Below, piece by piece: positions 1-9,120 of a DNA stretch of 64,000 nt (its first letter is position 1; each line of letters begins with the position of its first letter). A model generated the notes under the pieces. The model was not told the origin of the DNA. It saw only the letters and a list, made by a program, of their open reading frames with translations, and did not search any database. Location of the stretch: positions 226,758 to 290,757 of the forward strand of contig CAVQGN010000003.1 of the NCBI GenBank assembly GCA_963712055.1, given 5' to 3'. Made by a program: the position numbers and the translations under genes. Origin of the DNA: an uncultured Chloroflexia bacterium. GTDB taxonomy: Bacteria > Chloroflexota > Chloroflexia > Thermomicrobiales > UBA6265.

Positions 1-507
1 CGCTCAGGAGACGGCGCGCAACTCGACAGCTTTCTGCGCACCGACGCTGCAATGCTTCCCGGTTTCTCCGGTGGCCCACTGATCAGCACCAGCGGAGCGG
101 TGATCGGTATGAACTCCTCGTCAGTCGGTCGTCGTGGGAGTCTCACCATTCCGCATAGTGATCTGAGCAGAATCGTCGAAGCGCTGCAAACGCATGGCAA
201 GATTCGACGCGGGTATATCGGCATTGGCGCTCAGTCAGTGACGTTGAACAATCGCTTGTCGTCCGCTCTCGGTCTGGAAAACGAGACTGGTCTGGTTGTC
301 GTCGGACTCGAAAGCGATGGACCGGGAGAAAAGGCCGGTCTCATGATCGGTGATGTGATTCTCACGCTGGAAGGACACCCGGTCGCCAAGGTGGAAGACG
401 TTCAGAACCTCCTCACCGGAGAGTTGGTCGGCAAACCGGTGACGCTTCGTATCGTCAGAGGCGGCGCACTGCAACACCTCGATGTCACGGCAGCTGAGCG
501 CCGGTAG
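1..507 (+). CDS. HtrA/DegP-family trypsin-like serine protease, C-terminal part (5' end outside window)
   Basis: Frame 1 is open from base 1. Catalytic-Ser context PGFSGGPL is followed by a PDZ-like segment (GLVVVGLESDGPGEKAGLMIGDVILTLEG). Confidence 0.85.
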   Translation, partial: RSGDGAQLDSFLRTDAAMLPGFSGGPLISTSGAVIGMNSSSVGRRGSLTIPHSDLSRIVEALQTHGKIRRGYIGIGAQSVTLNNRLSSALGLENETGLVVVGLESDGPGEKAGLMIGDVILTLEGHPVAKVEDVQNLLTGELVGKPVTLRIVRGGALQHLDVTAAERR

Positions 508-539
508 AGACTACTCGACTTTCACAAAACAGTCCCGGC

Positions 540-1487
540 TTGAGTGTCGCATTGAGAATGACAGGTAGATCCATGGCGGTAGATTCTTCGAAAGCAGCAG
601 CGACCGTTTCTCGTGAGGTCGATCATGAATTGAAATCGCTCTATGAAAAGGTGCGACAGAGTGTGGTACTTGTGTATCGCGGCGGTGGGAGCGGCGCCGG
701 AACCATCTGGGGGTCGGACGGGCTGATCGTGACGAACAACCATGTCGTCAACGCCGAAGGCGAAGCCAACGTCGTCCTGGCGGACGGGCGCAAACTCAAA
801 GCGATCGTGGCGGCGCGCCATCCCACCCGTGACCTTGCGCTGCTCAAGGTTGCCGCAAGCAATCTTCCGGCCATTGTTGCGGCCGACTCGGCGCAAGTCC
901 GACCGGGCGAACTGGCGATTGCGATCGGCCATCCAAATGGTTTTCGTGACGCGATGACATTTGGAGTAGTCGTTGCGATAGAAAGCGCCGCCTATGCCGG
1001 CGCTGGTGGCCGGGAAAACATGCTTCTCTCCGATGCTCGCTTTGGTCCAGGAAACTCAGGCGGACCCGTGGTCAACGCTGCTGGAGCCGTGATTGGAATC
1101 TGTTCGCGGGTATCGGGCCGACTCGGTATGTCCGTACCCAGTCAGATCGTCTCCCAATTCGTCGACGGTGCGTTCCTCCCGCAACAACGCGACTATCTCG
1201 GGTTCGATGCGGTCGAAGCGACCATCAGCCAGAATCCGGATACGTTTGGTCTGGTCATCACCGCGCTGGCTCCTGAGGGTCCGGCGACGACCGCTGGTCT
1301 GAGGCTGGGTGATATCGTTCTTAGCGTCGACGACTACGCCATTGCCGCAGGTGAATCGCTCGCTACCTTGCTTGGTTACGGTCGCACGCAGCACGAAGTC
1401 CGTTTGGGTATCCTGCGGGGTGGTTCGCCCTTGACTATCGTGGTCGAGCCCACGATTCGTCATCCGGAGACTGACCATCAACACTAG
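540..1487 (+). CDS. HtrA-like S1C serine protease with C-terminal PDZ domain
   Basis: Triad contexts VTNNHVV (His), RDLALLKV (Asp) and GPGNSGGPV (Ser). PDZ-like GLVITALAPEGPATTAGLRLGDIVLSVD. Start uncertain (TTG 540, ATG 558 or 573). Confidence 0.85.
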   Translation: MSVALRMTGRSMAVDSSKAAATVSREVDHELKSLYEKVRQSVVLVYRGGGSGAGTIWGSDGLIVTNNHVVNAEGEANVVLADGRKLKAIVAARHPTRDLALLKVAASNLPAIVAADSAQVRPGELAIAIGHPNGFRDAMTFGVVVAIESAAYAGAGGRENMLLSDARFGPGNSGGPVVNAAGAVIGICSRVSGRLGMSVPSQIVSQFVDGAFLPQQRDYLGFDAVEATISQNPDTFGLVITALAPEGPATTAGLRLGDIVLSVDDYAIAAGESLATLLGYGRTQHEVRLGILRGGSPLTIVVEPTIRHPETDHQH

Positions 1488-1529
1488 GAGATCCCGGTTA
1501 CTTTCGCGCCCTAACGAGCAGCGATTGCT

Positions 1530-2159
1530 ATGAGAGAGGCTGGTCCACGTTTGCGCGTCGGCATCATAGCCACCATTCCGCTGATCGAGCGGGGTTTGAT
1601 GGCGATGATGGCTGGTGATCCATCACTGGATGTTGGTGTCTTTCCGGCCGGACCGGGACTGGATGGCCAATTCAGCATCGACATCGCGCTGGCGTTTCTT
1701 GCGGACGATGATGAGTTGCACGCAACGCTTGAGAGTCTCGACTCGTCACTTCCCGTACTCTGCCTGATCGAGGATGAAACAATTGCGTTGCCCGATCTCT
1801 CCAATCGACCTCTTGGCCTGCTCAGCGCCGACGCTGATGCTCAGTCCGTTACAGCCTCAATCCGGGCACTTCATCAGGGGCTCTTGGTTCTCGATCCGGT
1901 TTTCGCCCGGCGCCTCCGAGTGACTCAGAACGAATCAGCACGGATCGGGGAAACACCGCGTGACACGGTCTCCCCGCGTGAGATTCAGGTTCTCGAGCGG
2001 ATTGCCGATGGCCTACCGAACAAAGCGATAGCAGCCGAACTCGGCATCAGCGAGCACACCGTTAAGTTTCACGTTGGTTCGCTCCTGGAAAAACTCGGCG
2101 CCGATAGCCGCGCTGAAGCGGTCATGATCGCCACCCGCCGGGGCATCCTGCGAATCTGA
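1530..2159 (+). CDS. LuxR/NarL-family transcriptional regulator with atypical (pseudo-)receiver domain
   Basis: C-terminal LuxR HTH: SPREIQVLERIADGLPNKAIAAELGISEHTVKFHVGSLLEKLG. The N-terminal region has receiver-like topology but lacks the DD pair and conserved Lys. Confidence 0.8.
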   Translation: MREAGPRLRVGIIATIPLIERGLMAMMAGDPSLDVGVFPAGPGLDGQFSIDIALAFLADDDELHATLESLDSSLPVLCLIEDETIALPDLSNRPLGLLSADADAQSVTASIRALHQGLLVLDPVFARRLRVTQNESARIGETPRDTVSPREIQVLERIADGLPNKAIAAELGISEHTVKFHVGSLLEKLGADSRAEAVMIATRRGILRI

Positions 2160-2182
2160 TTGCGTTCTGGAAGGAACCAGCG

Positions 2183-3196
2183 CTAGCGACTCTTGCGCGG
2201 GTCGAGCGCATCCCGCAATCCGTCGCCAACATAGTTGATCGACAGCACGGTCAGGAAAATCATCAGACCAGGAAAGAGTGACTGATAGGGTGCGACCTGA
2301 ATGAAGTCCTTGTACTCGAAGAGCATCCGGCCCCACGTGGGAACGTCTGATGGGAAACCAAGCCCGAGAAACGAGAGCGACGACTCGGTGATAATCGCTG
2401 CGCCGACCGCAAGCGTTCCCGCAACGATGATCGGGCTCATGACATTTGGCAGGATATGCCGGAACATCAATGTCGACTCACGCGCACCGATCGATTTGGC
2501 GGCTTCGACGAATTCCTTTTCCTTCAGCGACAGGAACTGTGACCGCACCAGACGTGCCGTCGACATCCAGTTGAGGATAGCGATAACAAAGATGATCAGG
2601 AAAAAGATTCCGAGATTCCCACCCTGGAGTTGAGGGTCAATGATCACATCGAGCGGACCCAGGTCCCTGCCCCCTAACGCCGAGTCGAAAGAGTTGTATA
2701 TCTTGTCTCGGTACAGAAAACTGATCACCAGCAGCAGCGGTAATTGCGGCAGACTGATAAACATGTCGGTGATTCGCATGAGCAAACCATCGGTGAAACC
2801 GGCGAGGAAACCGCTAAGCGCACCGATCAGAGTACCGAACGAAACCGCAACGAACGCGGCGAGAAAACCAACGGCGAGCGAAATGCGGCCACCCCAGAGA
2901 GCCCGCGCGAATATATCCTGACCCAGTGAGTCCGTTCCGAACGGATAACTCAGTGAAGGTCCCTGATCAGCAACTTCGAAATTGATCTCGTCGATTTCAC
3001 GCGGGTAGATCGCATTGCCGACAAACGTTCCCAACACCAGAATGACCAACACAATGAGTCCGGCCATTGCCAGCTTATGGCGCCGGAATTGCCGCCAAGC
3101 GTTACCCCACAAAGAGCGGGAATTCTTCCCACTCTTCACAAGCGCCCCTGGTTCGGCAATATCCTCCAGGCGCAACGAGGATTCGGACTGACTCAT
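2183..3196 (-). CDS. ABC transporter permease, DppC/OppC type
   Basis: Multi-TM protein with the binding-protein-dependent transport signature region (EAAKSIGARESTLMFRHILPNVMSPIIV). Start chosen at ATG 3196, preceded by GGAGG with a 7 nt spacer. The track ORF extends to 3292. Confidence 0.85.
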   Translation of the reverse strand: MSQSESSLRLEDIAEPGALVKSGKNSRSLWGNAWRQFRRHKLAMAGLIVLVILVLGTFVGNAIYPREIDEINFEVADQGPSLSYPFGTDSLGQDIFARALWGGRISLAVGFLAAFVAVSFGTLIGALSGFLAGFTDGLLMRITDMFISLPQLPLLLVISFLYRDKIYNSFDSALGGRDLGPLDVIIDPQLQGGNLGIFFLIIFVIAILNWMSTARLVRSQFLSLKEKEFVEAAKSIGARESTLMFRHILPNVMSPIIVAGTLAVGAAIITESSLSFLGLGFPSDVPTWGRMLFEYKDFIQVAPYQSLFPGLMIFLTVLSINYVGDGLRDALDPRKSR

Positions 3197-3257
3197 CGCA
3201 ACGCCTCCACCGTCATCAAGCTTCCTGGGACCCTCACCACGCTCTCTCGAATCATCA

Positions 3258-4202
3258 TCACGAATACTTGATCCGTGGATCGAGCCCCGCATACAAAAGA
3301 TCTGCCACGATATTGAAAATCACCACGAGAATGGAATAGCCGAATGCGACGGCCATCACAACCGGGACATCCTTTTCCTGGACCCCGCTCACGATTGCTG
3401 ATCCAATCCCTGGAATTCGGAAAATCTGCTCGGTGATGACCGCGCCACCAACCACCGCCGGAACATCAAGGGCAATAATCGTCACGACCGGGATTAATGC
3501 ATTCCGCATCGCATGAGAAATGATCACGCTGTTTTCGCGAAGACCCTTGGCGCGCGCTGTACGAACGTAGTCCTGACCTATGACTTCGAGCATCGAAGCA
3601 CGCACAAAGCGCGTCAGCGAACCTGCACCGGCCAGCGCAAGCACCATGATGGGCATAATCGATTGCTTCATGTTCGGCCAGAAGCCTTGAACATTGCTGT
3701 CGTAGACAAACGGCAACCAATCCAGCTTCACGCTGAAGATAACGATGAGCACGATACCGGTGTAGAACGTCGGAATGCTGAATCCGAGGAAGGCGATCGT
3801 CGTCGCGACGTTGTCAAAAACGGAGTACTGCTTGATCGCGGAAATGACGCCGACCGGAATCGCGATCATCACCGAAACCAGATAGGCGCCACCAACGATC
3901 TTGAGGGTGACCGGTAGTCGCTCAAGGAGGTATTCACTCACGCTTGATCGGGTCGTATACGAAATACCCCAATTCCCCTGAAGGTATTGCGTGGCCCAGC
4001 GATAATACTGCTCAGGCAGTGGATCATCGATACCCATTTGCGCCCTGAGTTGTTGCCGAAGTTCGGCTGGGACATTGGGGTTGGCGGCAAAGCCCGACAA
4101 CGGATCGCCCGGGGCTAACGCCAGAATGGAGAAAATCACCATGCTGATCGCCACCAGGGTAAAAATGGAAATCAGAATTCGGCGAATCAGAAACTGACTC
4201 AT
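3258..4202 (-). CDS. ABC transporter permease, DppB/OppB type
   Basis: N-terminus MSQFLIRRILISIF and RTARAKGLRENSVIISHAMRNALIPVVT are typical of DppB/OppB permeases. Confidence 0.9.
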   Translation of the reverse strand: MSQFLIRRILISIFTLVAISMVIFSILALAPGDPLSGFAANPNVPAELRQQLRAQMGIDDPLPEQYYRWATQYLQGNWGISYTTRSSVSEYLLERLPVTLKIVGGAYLVSVMIAIPVGVISAIKQYSVFDNVATTIAFLGFSIPTFYTGIVLIVIFSVKLDWLPFVYDSNVQGFWPNMKQSIMPIMVLALAGAGSLTRFVRASMLEVIGQDYVRTARAKGLRENSVIISHAMRNALIPVVTIIALDVPAVVGGAVITEQIFRIPGIGSAIVSGVQEKDVPVVMAVAFGYSILVVIFNIVADLLYAGLDPRIKYS

Positions 4203-4585
4203 GAGATTGTCCCTGCCCGGGGCCGCTGCAATTCCCTGCGAGTCATACCACTTGACTCGCTTTGGTTTGACGTAGGTCTCGCCTGCGAATTGCGATAGAG
4301 ATCACCAAACAACATGGTCAAACATCTCAACATCGACCCGTCAACTTGATCGGCAATTCGCGAATCGTAGTCAGGTTGAATTGCCTGTGTCAAGGAAGCG
4401 CGTCGACCAAGGACCTCCATAAATGATCTACGACCACGCCAACTGCACCAAATCTCGTCAGACGCAGTGAGGATGTTTCAACTATCGGCCAGTTCTTTGT
4501 GCGCAGGTTCCTACTCGAGATAGACAGTGGTTTTCAGGCATTGCGCCGACGGCAAGTGCCTGGTCGTTCAATGAAGGAGAAACGA

Positions 4586-4948
4586 ATGTTCGATGGCTGG
4601 GCGGGCGCAATTGTGGCAGGTTTGATGGGTGCGGTTTTCGTATTGCTGGCGATCCCACTCTGGCTCGACCGCATTCCTCCAAACAAACTCTACGGCTTTC
4701 GAACTCGGGCGACGTTATCCGACAAGTCACTCTGGTACGCGGTCAACAAGCCAACTGGTTTGATCCTGATGGTGACTGGCTTAGTGATGCTCGCCGTCAC
4801 GCCAGTCGGTTTGGCCGCGGGCGGAGATCCCGAACAACAGGAGGAACTGGTCTGGGTGGTCATCGCGATCTCAGCTGTTGGCGTGGTTGCGATCCTTCTT
4901 CGTGGTTACCAGATCATCCGGTCATTCGAATCAGAAAGCGCGCGCTGA
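4586..4948 (+). CDS. small integral membrane protein, SdpI/YhfL-like
   Basis: About 4 TM helices. IPPNKLYGFRTRATLSDKSLWY resembles the SdpI family loop. Start at ATG 4586, 6 nt after GAAGGAG. Confidence 0.55.
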   Translation: MFDGWAGAIVAGLMGAVFVLLAIPLWLDRIPPNKLYGFRTRATLSDKSLWYAVNKPTGLILMVTGLVMLAVTPVGLAAGGDPEQQEELVWVVIAISAVGVVAILLRGYQIIRSFESESAR

Positions 4949-5773
4949 TCACCTGACCGGGCGCCATTCGATCTTGCGCGGGTCCGTTTCCGGATCAGGA
5001 GCTGGCATCCCGCTCATCCAGAGTCCATTCGACCAGTCATTGTTCGCCAGTTCCCGCAGGAATGGACCAACGTAAGCGGCCAACGCTTCAACAACGGCTT
5101 GTCCCTCTGCAGCGGTTCCAAGCGAAGGCTTGCCGCTATAGCCGTGCGGAACCACATTGCTGAACGATCCACGGACTTCGAGCGGATGATCCATGATCTG
5201 ATTTGGCAGATCGACTGCGAGTTCCTGGCGAGCGAGATGGGGAGCGGCGTAAAGCACCATCGACATTTCCGACTGACCGCCGTGATCCTCGTCAACGTCA
5301 TACTGCCCTTGCAGCAACTGTGCGCCAAGTCCTTGCCAGCCCTTGAAAATCGCAACCACCATTTCGTGGGTATCGTTGAGTTCCCGGGCGGCGTTTTCTA
5401 TACAGGCAGGATTGCCATCGTGAGCGCTGACGACCAGAAGACGTCGGATATCGTGGAGCATGAGCGATTCGGCAATGTCGACGATGACGGCGGTCAACGT
5501 CTGGGGGCGGAGAGAAAGACTCCACGGCCAACCCATCATATGGAGCGACATCCCGTAATCGAGTGCAGGCAACACCACCGCAGTTCCGAGTTCATCAGCC
5601 AAGCGCAGGGCAATCGCTTCGGCCGCGATCGTGTCAGTGCTGAATGGCAGGTGGTCACCATGAAACTCAGTGGCTCCGACCGGCAGGATGGCGGTATCGA
5701 AGCCGCCCTCGCGCAAATCGGAAGCAGTCAGATCGGCCAGGGCTTTTACACGACGGGTTGGCGTTGACGACAT
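4949..5773 (-). CDS. creatininase-family amidohydrolase
   Basis: ILPVGATEFHGDHLPFSTD metal-binding motif typical of the creatinine amidohydrolase family. Confidence 0.8.
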   Translation of the reverse strand: MSSTPTRRVKALADLTASDLREGGFDTAILPVGATEFHGDHLPFSTDTIAAEAIALRLADELGTAVVLPALDYGMSLHMMGWPWSLSLRPQTLTAVIVDIAESLMLHDIRRLLVVSAHDGNPACIENAARELNDTHEMVVAIFKGWQGLGAQLLQGQYDVDEDHGGQSEMSMVLYAAPHLARQELAVDLPNQIMDHPLEVRGSFSNVVPHGYSGKPSLGTAAEGQAVVEALAAYVGPFLRELANNDWSNGLWMSGMPAPDPETDPRKIEWRPVR

Positions 5774-5795
5774 CAGAGAATCCTCCCTTGGTGAC

Positions 5796-6776
5796 CTATT
5801 GCGGTCCGTTTTCCAGAATCCAGTCGAGATACTGCTTCATTCCATCCTCGAATGACGTTGGCGGAACCCAGCCGAAATCCCGTTTGAGCAGAGCATTGCT
5901 CGGTACGGGTCCGGGAGGTTCACCATCAACCAGATAGTTGGCCTCTGCCACTGGCACGACCTCATAGTGAAAGTCAGGGAGGTAACGATCGAAGGCTACG
6001 AGTACATCTCCTATCGAATAGAGTCGTCCGGCTGTGAGCGAATAGACAGGTTCAGGGAGATTTGGCGTAGACCACGCACGCTCGATACCTTCGGCGATAT
6101 CTTCGACATAAGTCCAATCCAGCCAGGGGCCCGCAAGGGAATTGATACGCACAGGTTGATGATCGAAGTAGATGCGCAGCATTTCCCGCGGCTCTGTCCC
6201 GCCGACATAACCGGGCGTGTCTCGTTCCATTGGTCCAAACACGTTTGCTGGTCGCATCGCCACCGTATCGAGTCCGAACAGATCGCGGTAGCGCTGCACA
6301 ACGCGTTCGCTGGTGTGTTTAGTGATTCCATAGAGACCGCTGGCCCGGGATGGAGTCGATTCGTCGACAACTTCGAGATCGGGCCACGCGCCAGTGGCCG
6401 CGCCGGAAGAGACATAGACGAATCGCTCGAAATCAGGAAGCGATCGAGCAACATCGAGCGCGTTGACCGTTCCAAGCAAGTTGACCTCGATGATCCGACG
6501 GGGTTCAGCGTGCTCACGATGGAGACGGGGCGTAATCGCGGCCGCATGGATGATCCGGGTAACCTCATTCCTGCCAGCAACATCGAGCATCGCATCATAG
6601 GACGTTACGTCCCCCTGCTCAAAAACAACGTTGCTGACAGCATCTCCGAGCATCGTGCCAAGCAGTTGATCCGGAGGCATCAGATCGTAGGAAACAACGG
6701 TTTCGCCGCGTCGCGCCAGACGGCGAACGATGTGACTCGGAACCCAGCCATTTCCGCCGGTTACGAGAGTTGTCAT
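5796..6776 (-). CDS. NAD-dependent epimerase/dehydratase (extended SDR)
   Basis: N-terminal VTGGNGWVPSHIV (GxxGxxG) and catalytic YGITK (YxxxK). Confidence 0.85.
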   Translation of the reverse strand: MTTLVTGGNGWVPSHIVRRLARRGETVVSYDLMPPDQLLGTMLGDAVSNVVFEQGDVTSYDAMLDVAGRNEVTRIIHAAAITPRLHREHAEPRRIIEVNLLGTVNALDVARSLPDFERFVYVSSGAATGAWPDLEVVDESTPSRASGLYGITKHTSERVVQRYRDLFGLDTVAMRPANVFGPMERDTPGYVGGTEPREMLRIYFDHQPVRINSLAGPWLDWTYVEDIAEGIERAWSTPNLPEPVYSLTAGRLYSIGDVLVAFDRYLPDFHYEVVPVAEANYLVDGEPPGPVPSNALLKRDFGWVPPTSFEDGMKQYLDWILENGPQ

Positions 6777-6860
6777 GATTGGCCATCCCTCTCTGCCTTC
6801 AACGCTGCCGCAGGATAGTACACTGCCAGATCGGAGTGGTGATTCAACGGGGAGCGACCG

Positions 6861-8327
6861 GTGAGCGAACGTTCAGATAGCCAAGGAAAGAAACTCTGGG
6901 GCGGGCGTTTCGCCGTTGCTCCGGACGAAGCCGCGGCCGCATTCACCGCGTCGATCCTGTTCGACAACCGAATGGTGCGGGAAGATATTCGCGGGTCGGT
7001 CGCTCATGTCCGGATGCTCGGGCGGCAGTCGATCATCCCCGCCGAAGACGCTGCCCTGATCGAAACAGGTCTGTGGCTGATCTGGGATGAGGTCGAGAAC
7101 GGGACCTTCACCTACTCTGTGGCTGACGAGGATATTCACAGCGCCGTTGAACGCCGTCTGCGCGAGCTGATTGGACCGGCACAAGGGAAACTCCACACCG
7201 GCAGGAGTCGTAACGACCAGGTCGCGACCGATACCCGACTCTGGACCAAAGGCGCGCTGCTCCGCACCGAGGAAAGCGTTCTTCGCTTGAGTGAAAGCCT
7301 GCTCCGGCTAGCGTCGAACACGACCGATGTCGTCCTCCCCGGTTACACCCACACCCAGCGGGCGCAGCCGGTGCTGTTGGCGCATCATCTGCTGGCCTAT
7401 GTCGAAATGCTGGCCCGTGATCTCGAACGCCTGCAACAAGCTTTCGATCGAGTCGACCAGATGCCACTTGGGTCGGGAGCGCTTGCCGGTGTGACCTATC
7501 CCATCGATCGCGAATCAGTCGCCACCGATCTCGGCTTTTCCGCCATTTCGGCCAACAGCATGGATGCGATCGCGGATCGGGATTTCGTCCTCGACACGAT
7601 GTATGCCCTCAGCATGATCCAGATGCATGCCTCCCGGTTGGCGGAAGAACTGGTCTACTGGTCGAGCGGTGAGTTTCGATTTGTGACGATCTCCGACGCT
7701 TTCGCCACTGGCAGTTCGATCATGCCGCAGAAAAAGAACCCCGATGTCGCAGAACTCTCTCGCGGCAAAACTGGCCGCGTGCTCGGTCATCTGACCGGTT
7801 TGCTGGCCACGATGAAGGGTCTGCCACTGACCTACAACAGCGACATGCAGGAAGACAAGGAAGCGCTCTTCGATACCGTCGATACCGTCAATGGAGTCCT
7901 CGCGGTGATGAGCGGAATGATCGACACGTTGACAGTCAATGAGCAGCGGATGGCGGAAGCAGCGGTGGGCGATTTTTCTCTTGCAACCGACGCCGCCGAT
8001 CTTCTCGCCCGGAACGGCATTGCATTCCGGGAAGCTCATGAAATCGTTGGCAATCTCGTTCGCACGTGCGTCGAGTCGAACCGCACATTCGAAGACCTGT
8101 CAGTGGAAGATTGGACGTCAATTCACCCGCTCTTCGGTCAACAACGACCACCGCTCAACGCCATGGAAAGCGTTTCCGCCCGGGATGTTCCCGGCGGGAC
8201 CGCTCCGAACCGGGTCATCCAGGCGCTCGCATCCGCAGAAGAGCGTCTCGCGTCCCAACGCATCGACTTGGCGGCGCGTCAGGACCGACTCGAAACCGTT
8301 ATGACAGCAGGATCACCGGGACGCTGA
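6861..8327 (+). CDS. argH: argininosuccinate lyase
   Basis: KLWGGRF N-terminus, GRSRNDQVATD, and fumarate-lyase signature GSSIMPQKKNPDVAE. Confidence 0.95.
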   Translation: MSERSDSQGKKLWGGRFAVAPDEAAAAFTASILFDNRMVREDIRGSVAHVRMLGRQSIIPAEDAALIETGLWLIWDEVENGTFTYSVADEDIHSAVERRLRELIGPAQGKLHTGRSRNDQVATDTRLWTKGALLRTEESVLRLSESLLRLASNTTDVVLPGYTHTQRAQPVLLAHHLLAYVEMLARDLERLQQAFDRVDQMPLGSGALAGVTYPIDRESVATDLGFSAISANSMDAIADRDFVLDTMYALSMIQMHASRLAEELVYWSSGEFRFVTISDAFATGSSIMPQKKNPDVAELSRGKTGRVLGHLTGLLATMKGLPLTYNSDMQEDKEALFDTVDTVNGVLAVMSGMIDTLTVNEQRMAEAAVGDFSLATDAADLLARNGIAFREAHEIVGNLVRTCVESNRTFEDLSVEDWTSIHPLFGQQRPPLNAMESVSARDVPGGTAPNRVIQALASAEERLASQRIDLAARQDRLETVMTAGSPGR

Positions 8328-8332
8328 CCGCG

Positions 8333-8827
8333 ATGAGCATTCTGTCGACCATGTCACCCGCACAGGCAAAGCACCAACTTGATGTCTGGGTCGCTTCGAC
8401 CGAGAGCGATTGGCACGACGTGCTGCGCATCCGGCGGCGTGTCTTTCTCCGCGAACAGGGACTGGTGGATGTTGTTTCCCGCGATAGGGATGATCGAAAC
8501 AGCGTGACCTTGCTCGCCGCTGTCGACAATATCACCGTGGCAACAGGTCGCCTGACAGGTCCGATCGGAAAGCAGCCGGCGTCGATAGCCTGGGTGGCCA
8601 CACTCCCAGACTACAGGCGACTGGGGGCGGCCAATCTCGTGGTAGCGGAACTCGTGTCCCTGGCCGACCGCGCCGGTTTCGACCCCCTCATCTTGAATGC
8701 CCAGATACCGGCAATCGCTCTCTACGAACGCTATGGCTTCCGGGCGAAGGGCGAAGGAACCCGCTCGCGGGGTATCGCCCACCAGCTGATGGTGCGGGAA
8801 ACGCCTCGGATTCCAGTAGACCTTTGA
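8333..8827 (+). CDS. GNAT-family N-acetyltransferase
   Basis: ATG 8333 lies just after the argH stop. Acetyl-CoA motif context RRLGAANLVVAELVSLA and YERYGF. The track ORF 8066-8827 5' part overlaps argH and is discounted. Confidence 0.75.
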   Translation: MSILSTMSPAQAKHQLDVWVASTESDWHDVLRIRRRVFLREQGLVDVVSRDRDDRNSVTLLAAVDNITVATGRLTGPIGKQPASIAWVATLPDYRRLGAANLVVAELVSLADRAGFDPLILNAQIPAIALYERYGFRAKGEGTRSRGIAHQLMVRETPRIPVDL

Positions 8828-9120
8828 TCGTACGTCCTCAATCAGCGGCGGCTCCCCTTGGCGTAATCTCGCGTCGGAGGCAATCGATTCACCGCAACGC
8901 ACACATCTCCTGCCAGCACTCGTTTGGGCAAGCTGCAGCAAAGAGCCGTCCTTTCTTTGCTCGAACAACCGACCTTCTTGGGAAGCCGTTTTCAGGTACT
9001 ATGCAGTGAGCCTCAGCATTGACGCTGGTGCTGGTTGTTAACTTTCGGAACCGGTGACAGTGGCGGCAGCATTTCCTCTCCGCCATTCGCTGGTACGCGC
9101 GTCTATCGAGGAGGATTTCC

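Noticed and set aside
4199-4420. 73-aa minus-strand ORF whose TGA overlaps the dppB-like ATG (ATGA), suggesting a coupled upstream gene.
   Set aside because: It has no Shine-Dalgarno sequence before its ATG, no motif and non-protein-like composition. The overlap is plausibly chance in a leader region.
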